This document shows, piece after piece, positions 54,101 through 64,000 of a stretch of DNA of 64,000 bases (positions within the stretch are counted from its first letter, which is position 1; every line of letters begins with the position of its first letter). The stretch is taken from assembly GCA_964016885.1 (NCBI GenBank), contig OZ024740.1, positions 251,162,001 to 251,226,000 of the forward strand, given 5' to 3'. A program made the position numbers and the translations under genes. The notes beneath the pieces are model-generated. The model was not told where the DNA came from. It saw only the letters and a list, made by a program, of their open reading frames with translations, and did no database searches. Source of the DNA: Eledone cirrhosa (lineage: Eukaryota).

Positions 54101-57100
54101 TTGGACGGCTGCAAATTATCTCCCCTTGATTTTTTTTACAAATTATCTCCCCCTGATTTTTTTTACAAATTATCTCCCCCTGAATTTTTTTACAAATTAT
54201 CTCCCCCTGATTTTTTTTTACAAATTATCTCCCCCTGATTTTTTTTTACAAATTATCTCCCCCTGATTTTTTTTACAAATTATCTCCCCCTGATTTTTTT
54301 TACAAATTATCTCCCCCTGATTTTTTTTACAATCTCCGCCTGATTTTTTAAAAAATTATCTTCCCTTGGCTGGCGGGAAATTATCTCCCCTTGGACGGCT
54401 GGAAATTATCTCCCCTTGGACGGCTAGAAATTATCTCTCTTTGGACGGCTGGAAATTATCTCCCCTTGATTTTTTTTACAAATTATCTCCCCCTGATTTT
54501 TTTTACAAATTATCCCCGCATGATTTTTAAAAAAAAAATTATCTCCCCTTCGCTGGCTGGAAATTATCTCCCCTTGGACGCTGGAAATTATAGCCCCTTG
54601 GAGGGCTGGAAATTATTTCCCTTGGACGGCTGGAAATTATCTCCCCTTGATTTTTTTTACAAATTATCTCCCCCTGATTTTTTTTTACAAATTATCTCCC
54701 CCTGATTTTTTTTTACAAATTATCTCCCCCTGATTTTTTTTTTACAAATTATCTCCGCCTGATTTTTAAAAAAAAATTATCTCCCCTTGGACGGCTGGAA
54801 ATTATCTCCCCTTGGACGGCTGGAAATTATCTCCCCTTGGACGGCTAGAAATTACCTCTCCTTGGACGGCTGAAAATTATCTCCCCTTGGACGGCTGCAA
54901 ATTATCTCCCCTTGATTTTTTTTACAAATTATCTCCCCCTGATTTTTTTTACAAATTATCTCCCCCTGATTTTTTTTACAAATTATCTCCCCCTGATTTT
55001 TTTTTACAAATTATCTCCCCCTGATTTTTTTTTACAAATTATCTCCCCCTGATTTTTTTTACAAATTATCTCCCCCTGATTTTTTTTACAAATTATCTCC
55101 CCTTGATTTTTTTTTACAAATTATCTCCCCCTGATTTTTTTTTTACAAATTATCTCCCCCTGATTTTTTTACAAATTATCTCCCCCTGATTTTTTTTACA
55201 AATTATCTCCCCCTGATTTTTTTTACAAATTATCTCCCCTTGATTTTTTTTTACAAATTATCTCCCCCTGATTTTTTTTTTACAAATTATCTCCCCCTGA
55301 TTTTTTTAAAAATTATCTTCCCTTGGCTGGCGGGAAATTATCTCCCCTTGGACGGCTGGAAATTATCTCCCCTTGGAAGGATGTAAATTATCTCCCCTTG
55401 GACGGCTGGAAATTATCTCCCCTTGCACGGCTGGAAATTATCTGCCCTTGATTTTTTTTACAAATTATCTCCCCCTGATTTTTTTTTACAAATTATCTCC
55501 CCCTGATTTTTTTTTACAAATTATCTCCCCCTGATTTTTTTTACAAATTATCTCCCCCTGATTTTTAAAAAAAAAATTATCTCCCCTTCGCTGGCTGGAA
55601 ATTATCTCCCCTTGGACGCTGGAAATTATAGCCCCTTGGAGGGCTGGAAATTATCTTCCCTTGGACGGCTGGAAATTATCTCCCATTGATTTTTTTTACA
55701 AATTATCTCCCCTGATTTTTTTTTACAAATTATCTCCCCCTGATTTTTTTTTACAAATTATCTCCCCCTGATTTTTTTTTTTACAAATTATCTCCGCCTG
55801 ATTTTTAAAAAAAAATTATCTCCCCTTGGACGGCTGGAAATTATCTCCCCTTGGACGGCTGGAAATTATCTCCCCTTGGACGGCTAGAAATTACCTCTCC
55901 TTGGACGGCTGAAAATTATCTCCCCTTGGACGGCTGCAAATTATCTTCCCTTGATTTTTTTTACAAATTATCTCCCCCTGATTTTTTTTACAAATTATCT
56001 CCCCCTGATTTTTTTTACAAATTATCTCCCCCTGATTTTTTTTTACAAATTATCTCCCCCTGATTTTTTTTTACAAATTATCTCCCCCTGATTTTTTTTA
56101 CAAATTATCTCCCCCTGATTTTTTTTACAAATTATCTCCCCCTGATTTTTTTTTACAAATTATCTCCCCTTGATTTTTTTTTACAAATTATCTCCCCCTG
56201 ATTTTTTTTTTACAAATTATCTCCCCCTGATTTTTTTACAAATTATCTCCCCCTGATTTTTTTTACAAATTATCTCCCCCTGATTTTTTTTACAAATTAT
56301 CTCCCCTTGATTTTTTTTTACAAATTATCTCCCCCTGATTTTTTTTTTACAAATTATCTCCCCCTGATTTTTTTAAAAATTATCTTCCCTTGGCTGGCGG
56401 GAAATTATCTCCCCTTGGACGGCTGGAAATTATCTCCCCTTGGAAGGATGTAAATTATCTCCCCTTGGACGGCTGGAAATTATCTCCCCTTGCACGGCTG
56501 GAAATTATCTCCCCTTGATTTTTTTTATAAATTATCTCCCCCTGATTTTTTTTACAAATTATCTCCCCCTGATTTTTTTTACAAATTATCTCCCCCTGAT
56601 TTTTAAAAAAAAAATTATCTCCCCTTCGCTGGCTGGAAATTATCTCCCCTTGGACGCTGGAAATTATAGCCCCTTGGAGGGCTGGAAATTATCTTCCCTT
56701 GGACGGCTGGAAATTATCTTCCCTTGGACGGCTGGAAATTATCTCCCCTTGATTTTTTTTACAAATTATCTCCCCCTGATTTTTTTTTACAAATTATCTC
56801 CCCCTGATTTTTTTTTACAAATTATCTCCCCCTGATTTTTTTTTTACAAATTATCTCCGCTTGATTTTTAAAAAAAAATTATCTCCCCTTGGACGGCTGG
56901 AAATTATCTCCCCTTGGACGGCTGGAAATTATCTCCCCTTGGACGGCTAGAAATTATCTCTTCTTGGACGGCTGAAAATTATCTCCCCTTGGACGGCTGC
57001 AAATTATCTCCCCTTGATTTTTTTTACAAATTATCTCCCCCTGATTTTTTTTTACAAATTATCTCCCCCTGATTTTTTTTACAAATTATCTACCCCTGAT

Positions 57101-60100
57101 TTTTTTTACAAATTATCTCCCCCTGATTTTTTTTTACAAATTATCTCCCCCTGATTTTTTAAAAAATTATCTCCCCCTGATTTTTTTACAATCTCCGCCT
57201 GATTTTTTTAAAAATTATCTTCCCTTGGCTGGCGGGAAATTATCTCCCCTTGGACGGCTGGAAATTATCTCCCCTTGGAAGGATGGAAATTATCTCCCCT
57301 TGGACGGCTGGAAATTATCTCCCCTTGCACGGCTGGAAATTATCTCCCCTTGGCTGGAAATTATCTCCCCTTGGACGGCTAGAAATTATCTCTCTTTGGA
57401 CGGCTGGAAATTATCTCCCTTTGATTTTTTTTACAAATTATCTCCCTCTGATTTTTTTTACAAATCTCCCCCTGATTTTTAAAAAAAAATTATCTCCCCT
57501 TCGCTGGCTGGAAATTATCTCCCCTTGGACACTGGAAATTATAGCCCCTTGGAGGGCTGGAAATTATCTTCCCTTGGACGGCTGGAAATTATCTCCCCTT
57601 GATTTTTTTTACAAATTATCTCCGCCTGATTTTTTTTAAAAATTATCTCTCCTTGGACGGCTTGAAATTATCTCCCCTTGATTTTTTTTACAAATTATCT
57701 CCCCCTGATTTTTTTTTACAAATTATCTCCCCCTGATTTTTTTTTACAAATTATCTACCCCTGATTTTTTTTACAAATTATCTCCCCCTGATTTTTTTTA
57801 CAAATTATCTCCCCCTGATTTTTCTTTTACAAATTATCTCCCCCTGATTTTTTTACAAATTATCTCCCCCTGATTTTTTTTACAAATTATCTCCGCCTGA
57901 TTTTTTTAAATATTATCTTCCCTTGGCTGGCGGGAAATTATCTCCCCTTGGACGGCTGGAAATTATCTGCCCTTGATTTTGTTTTTACAAATTATCTTCC
58001 ACTGATTTTTTTTACAAATTATCTCCACCTGATTTTTTAAAAAATTATCTCCCCTTGGAAGGCTGGAAATTATCTCCCCTTGGACGGCTAGAAATTATCT
58101 CTCTTTGGACGGCTGGAAATTATCTCCCCTTGATTTTTTTTACAAATTATCTCCCCCTGATTTTTTTTACAAATATCCCAGTGATTTTTTTTAAAAAATT
58201 ATCTCCCCTTCGCTGGCTGGAAATTATCTCCCCTTGGACGCTGGAAATTATAGCCCCTTGGAGGGCTGGAAATTATCTTCCCTTGGACGGCTGGAAATTA
58301 TCTCCCCTTGATTTTTTTTACAAATTATCTCCCCCTGATTTTTTTTTACAAATTATCTCCCCCTGATTTTTTTTTACAAATTATCTCCCCCTGATTTTTT
58401 TTTACAACTTATCTCCGCCTGATTTTTTTTAAAAAATCATCTCCCCTTGGACGGCTGGAAATTATCTCCCCTTGGACGGCTGGAAATTATCTCTCCTTGG
58501 ACGGCTAGAAATTACCTCTCCTTGGACAATTGAAAATTATCTCCCCTTGGACGGCTGGAAATTATCTCCCCTTGATTTTTTTTACAAATTATCTCCCCCT
58601 GATTTTTTTTACAAATTATCTCCCCTGATTTTTTTTTACAAATTATCTCCCCCTGATTTTTTTTTACAAATTATCTCCCCCTGATTTTTTTTTACAAATT
58701 ATCTCCCCCTGATTTTTTTACAAATTATCTCCCCTTGGCTGGCTGGAAATTATCTCCCCTTGGAGGCAGGAATTTATCTCCCCTTGGACGGCTAGAAATT
58801 ACCTCTCCTTGGACGGCTGGAAAATATGTCTCCTTGGACGGCTGGAAATTATCTCCCCTTGGACGGCTGGAAATTATCTCTCCTTGGACGGCTGGAAATT
58901 ATCTCCCCTTGGACGGCTAGAAATTACCTCTCCTTGGACGGCTGAAAATTATCTCCCCTTGGACGGCTGGAAATTATCTCCCCTTGATTTTTTTACAAAT
59001 TATCTCCCCCTGATTTTTTTTTACAAATTATCTCCCCCTGATTTTTTTTACAAATTATCTCCCCCTGATTTTTTTTACAAATTATCTCCCCCTGATTTTT
59101 TTTACAAATTATCTCCGCCTGATTTTTTTAAATATTATCTCTCCTTGGCTGGCGGGAAATTATCTCCCCTTGGACGGCTGCAAATTATCTCCGCTTGATT
59201 TTTTTTACAAATTATCTCCCCCTGATTTTTTTTTACAAATTATCTCCCCCTGATTTTTTTTACAAATTATCTCCCCTGATTTTTTTTTACAAATTATCTC
59301 CCCCTGATTTTTTTTTACAAATTATCTCCCCCTGATTTTTTTTTTACAAATTATCTCCCCCTGATTTTCTTACAAATTATCTCCCCCTGATTTTTTTTAC
59401 AATCTCCGCCTGATTTTTTAAAAAATTATCTTCCCTTGGCTGGCGGGAAATTATCTCCCCTTGGACGGCTGGAAATTATCTCCCCTTGGAAGGATGGAAA
59501 TTATCTCCCCTTGGACGGCTGGAAATTATCTCCCCTTGCACGGCTGGAAATTATCTCCCCTTGGCTGGAAATTATCTCCCCTTGGACGGCTAGAAATTAT
59601 CTCTCTTTGGATGGCTGGAAATTATCTCCCTTTGATTTTTTTTACAAATTATCTCCCTCTGATTTTTTTTACAAATCTCCCCCTGATTTTTTTTTACAAA
59701 TTATCTTCCCCTGATTTTTTTTACAAACTATCTCCCCCTGATTTTTTTACAAATTATCTCCCCTTGGCTGGCTTGAAATTATCTCCCCTTGGAGGCTGGA
59801 ATTTATCTCCCCTTGGACGGCTAGAAATTACCTCTCCTTGGACGGCTGGAAAATATGTCTCCTTGGACGGCTGGAAATTATCTCCCCTTGGACGGCTGGA
59901 AATTACCTCTCCTTGGACGGCTGAAAATTATCTCTCCTTGGACGGCTGGAAATTATCTCCCCTTGATTTTTTTACAAATTATCTCCCCCTGATTTTTTTT
60001 TTACAAATTATCTCCCCCTGATTTTTTTTACAAATTATCTACGCCTGATTTTTTAAATATTATCTCTCCTTGGCTGGCGGGAAATTATCTCCCCTTGGAC

Positions 60101-63100
60101 GGCTGGAAATTATCTCCCCTTGGAAGGATGGAAATTATCTCCCCTTGGACGGCTGGAAATTATCTCCCCTTGCACTGCTGGAAATTATCTCCCCTTGGAC
60201 GGCTGGAAATTATCTGCCCTTGATTTTGTTTTTACAAATTATCTTCCCCTGATTATTTTTACAAATTATCTCCACCTGATTTTTTAAACAATTATCTCCC
60301 CTTGGACGGCTGGAAATTATCTCCCCTTGGCTGGAAATTATCTCCCCTTGGACGGCTAGAAATTATCTCTCTTTGGACGGCTGGAAATTATCTCCCCTTG
60401 ATTTTTTTTACAAATTATCTCCCCCTGATTTTTTTTACAAATTATCCCCCCATGATTTTTAAAAAAAAAATTATCTCCCCTTCGCTGGCTGGAAATTATC
60501 TCCCCTTGGACGCTGGAAATTATAGCCCCTTGGAGGGCTGGAAATTATCTTCCCTTGGACGGCTGGAAATTATCTCCCCTTGATTTTTTTTACAAATTAT
60601 CTCCCCCTGATTTTTTTTTACAAATTATCTCCCCCTGATTTTTTTTTTACAAATTATCTCCGCCTGATTTTTATTAAAAAATTATCTCCCCTTGGACGGC
60701 TGGAAATTATCTCCCCTTGGACGGCTGGAAATTATCTCCCCTTGGACGGCTAGAAATTACCTCTCCTTGGACGGCTGAAAATTATCTCCCCTTGGACGGC
60801 TGCAAATTATCTCCCCTTGATTTTTTTTACAAATTATCCCCACATGATTTTTAAAAAAAAAATTATCTCCCCTTCGCTGGCTGGAAATTATCTCCCCTTG
60901 GACGCTGGAAATTATAGCCCCTTGGAGGGCTGGAAATTATCTTCCCTTGAACGGCTGGAAATTATCTCCCCTTGATTTTTTTTACAAATTATCTCCCCCT
61001 GATTTTTTTTTACAAATTATCTCCCACTGATTTTTTTTTACAAATTATCTCCCCCTGATTTTTTTTTACAAATTATCTCCGCCTGATTTTTTAAAAAAAA
61101 TTATCTCCCCTTGGACGGCTGGAAATTATCTCCCCTTGGACGGCTGGAAATTATCTCCCCTTGGACGGCTAGAAATTACCTCTCCTTGGACGGCTGAAAA
61201 TTATCTCCCCTTGGACGGCTGCAAATTATCTCCCCTTGATTTTTTTTACAAATTATCTCCCCCTGATTTTTTTTACAAATTATCTCCCCCTGAATTTTTT
61301 TACAAATTATCTCCCCCTGATTTTTTTTTACAAATTATCTCCCCCTGATTTTTTTTTACAAATTATCTCCCCCTGATTTTTTTTACAAATTATCTCCCCC
61401 TGATTTTTTTTACAAATTATCTCCCCCTGATTTTTTTTACAATCTCTGCCTGATTTTTTAAAAAATTATCTTCCCTTGGCTGGCGGGAAATTATCTCCCC
61501 TTGGACGGCTGGAAATTATCTCCCCTTGGACGGCTAGAAATTATCTCTCTTTGGACGGCTGGAAATTATCTCCCCTTGATTTTTTTTACAAATTATCTCC
61601 CCCTGATTTTTTTTACAAATTATCCCCGCATGATTTTTAAAAAAAAAATTATCTCCCCTTCGCTGGCTGGAAATTATCTCCCCTTGGACGCTGGAAATTA
61701 TAGCCCCTTGGAGGGCTGGAAATTATCTTCCCTTGGACGGCTGGAAATTATCTCCCCTTGATTTTTTTTACAAATTATCTCCCCCTGATTTTTTTTTACA
61801 AATTATCTCCCCCTGATTTTTTTTTACAAATTATCTCCCCCTGATTTTTTTTTACAACTTATCTCCGCCTGATTTTTTTTTAAAAATCATCTCCCCTTGG
61901 ACGGCTGGAAATTATCTCCCCTTGGACGGCTGGAAATTATCTCTCCTTGGACGGCTAGAAATTACCTCTCCTTGGATAATTGAAAATTATCTCCCCTTGG
62001 ACGGCTGGAAATTATCTCCCCTTGATTTTTTTTACAAATTATCTCCCCCTGATTTTTTTTACAAATTATCTCCCCTGATTTTTTTTTACAAATTATCTCC
62101 CCCTGATTTTTTTTTACAAATTATCTCCCCCTGATTTTTTTTACAAATTATCTCCCCCTGATTTTTTTACAAATTATCTCCCCTTGGCTGGCTGGAAATT
62201 ATCTCCCCTTGGAGGCAGGAATTTATCTCCCCTTGGACGGCTAGAAATTACCTCTCCTTGGACGGCTGGAAAATATGTCTCCTTGGACGGCTGGAAATTA
62301 TCTCCCCTTGGACGGCTGGAAATTATCTCCCCTTGGACGGCTGGAAATTATCTCCCCTTGGACGGCTAGAAATTACCTCTCCTTGGACGGCTGAAAATTA
62401 TCTCCCCTTGGACGGCTGGAAATTATCTCCCCCTGATTTTTTTTACAAATTATCTCCCCCTGATTTTTTTTACAAATTATCTCCGCCTGATTTTTTTAAA
62501 TATTATCTCTCCTTGGCTGGCGGGAAATTATCTCCCCTTGGACGGCTGCAAATTATCTCCGCTTGATTTTTTTTACAAATTATCTTCCCCTGATTTTTTT
62601 TTACAAATTATCTCCCCCTGATTTTTTTTACAAATTATCTCCCCTGATTTTTTTTTACAAATTATCTCCCCCTGATTTTTTTTTACAAATTATCTCCCCC
62701 TGATTTTTTTTTTACAAATTATCTCCCCCTGATTTTTTTACAAATTATCTCCCCCTGATTTTTTTTACAATCTCCGCCTGATTTTTTTAAAAATTATCTT
62801 CCCTTGGCTGGCGGGAAATTATCTCCCCTTGGACGGCTGGAAATTATCTCCCCTTGGAAGGATGGAAATTATCTCCCCTTGGACGGCTGGAAATTATCTC
62901 CCCTTGCACGGCTGGAAATTATCTCCCCTTGGCTGGAAATTATCTCCCCTTGGACGGCTAGAAATTATCTCTCTTTGGATGGCTGGAAATTATCTCCCTT
63001 TGATTTTTTTTACAAATTATCTCCCTCTGATTTTTTTTACAAATCTCCCCCTGATTTTTTTTTACAAATTATCTCCCCCTGATTTTTTTTACAAACTATC

Positions 63101-64000
63101 GCCCCTGATTTTTTTACAAATTATCTCCCCTTGGCTGGCTGGAAATTATCTCCCCTTGGAGGCTGGAATTTATCTCCCCTTGGACGGCTGGAAATTACCT
63201 CTCCTTGGACGGCTGAAAATTATCTCCCCTTGGACGGCTGGAAATTATCTCCCCTTGATTTTTTTACAAATTATCTCCCCCTGATTTTTTTTTTACAAAT
63301 TATCTCCCCCTGATTTTTTTTACAAATTATCTACGCCTGATTTTTTTAAATATTATCTCTCCTTGGCTGGCGGGAAATTATCTCCCCTTGGAAGGATGGA
63401 AATTATCTCCCCTTGGACGGCTGGAAATTATCTCCCCTTGCACTGCTGGAAATTATCTCCCCTTGGACGGCTGGAAATTATCTGCCCTTGATTTTGTTTT
63501 TACAAATTATCTTCCCCTGATTATTTTTACAAATTATCTCCACCTGATTTTTTAAAAAATTATCTCCCCTTGGACGGCTGGAAATTATCTCCCCTTGGCT
63601 GGAAATTATCTCCCCTTGGACGGCTAGAAATTATCTCTCTTTGGACGGCTGGAAATTATCTCCCCTTGATTTTTTTTACAAATTATCTCCCCCTGATTTT
63701 TTTTACAAATTATCTCCCCATGATTTTTAAAAAAAAAATTATCTCCCCTTCGCTGGCTGGAAATTATCTCCCCTTGGACGCTGGAAATTATAGCCCCTTG
63801 GAGGGCTGGAAATTATCTTCCCTTGGACGGCTGGAAATTATCTCCCCTTGATTTTTTTTTACAAATTATCTCCCCCTGATTTTTTTTTACAAATTATCTC
63901 CCCCTGATTTTTTTTTTACAAATTATCTCCGCCTGATTTTTTTAAAAAAATTATCTCCCCTTGGACGGCTGGAAATTATCTCCCCTTGGACGGCTGGAAA
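30171..64000. repeat. Satellite array 2: composite 25-bp and ~27-bp monomers sharing a 16-bp core
   Basis: G unit GACGGCTGG+AAATTATCTCCCCTTG (25 bp); T unit A(T)7-11AC+AAATTATCTCCCCCTG (26-30 bp); junction unit A(T)n(A)nTTATCTCCCCTTG. Units come in alternating runs, one orientation, roughly 1300 units; runs off the right edge. Confidence 0.99.
36140..56190. repeat. ~9.7-kb tandem higher-order duplication within satellite 2 (copy 1 ~36140-46500, copy 2 ~46500-56190)
   Basis: Matching ORF calls recur at +10357 (36467/46824 to 40481/50838), then +9691 (41147/50838 to 44700/54391) and +9689 (45123/54812, 46162/55851). Rare variants AAATTGTCTCC (36613/46970) and CCCCATGGAC (37940/48297) agree. 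Boundaries approximate. Confidence 0.92.

Noticed and set aside
30460-63375. Chi-like GCTGGCGG at T-to-G transitions
   Set aside because: One mismatch from E. coli Chi, with no established eukaryotic function; explained as a variant of the GACGGCTGG linker.
30171-64000. CRISPR-like array (constant repeat plus spacers)
   Set aside because: Linkers are 9-14 bp and fall into two recurring classes rather than unique spacers; no cas genes or leader; eukaryotic LINE/SINE context.
30171-64000. Many ORFs such as MDGWKLSPLGRLEIISPW
   Set aside because: Translations of the 25/27-bp units, mostly from TTG starts, with frame set by T-tract length; no coding signal.
1-64000. Common origin of satellites 1 and 2 (shared TGATTTTTTT and TTTAAAAAATT)
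   Set aside because: Similarity is confined to homopolymer tracts; the informative parts do not align by eye.
30171-64000. G-quadruplex or telomere-like function of minus-strand G4-5 runs
   Set aside because: Runs are about 21 nt apart, long for stable G4 loops, and no TTAGGG-type repeat is present.

Overview
Eukaryotic, gene-free, repeat-dominated window with three parts. (1) 1-26190: an ~84% AT satellite built on a 91-bp monomer, with a frequent 46-bp extra subunit, many palindromes and irregular kb-scale higher-order duplications. (2) 26191-29970: a 3.8-kb retroelement island. It holds a 5'-truncated RTE-clade LINE whose RT carries a PHD finger, a tRNA-derived CORE-type SINE, an inverted second copy of the RTE 3'UTR, interrupted (TA)n tracts, and the 3' end of a minus-strand CR1-group LINE that the ORF track missed. 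(3) After a 200-N gap, 30171-64000: a second satellite in which a 16-bp core alternates between a GC-rich linker (25-bp unit) and a T-tract linker (~27-bp unit) in ordered runs, with a ~9.7-kb tandem duplication and other nested block copies. No host protein-coding gene is supported, and ORFs in the TA tract and satellite 2 are translation artefacts. The element mix resembles octopod cephalopod genomes and the layout resembles (peri)centromeric heterochromatin; both are inferences. All counts and offsets were read by eye or taken from ORF-track coordinates. I cannot confirm a new biological system; the best candidates are the RT-embedded PHD finger and the two-state satellite.
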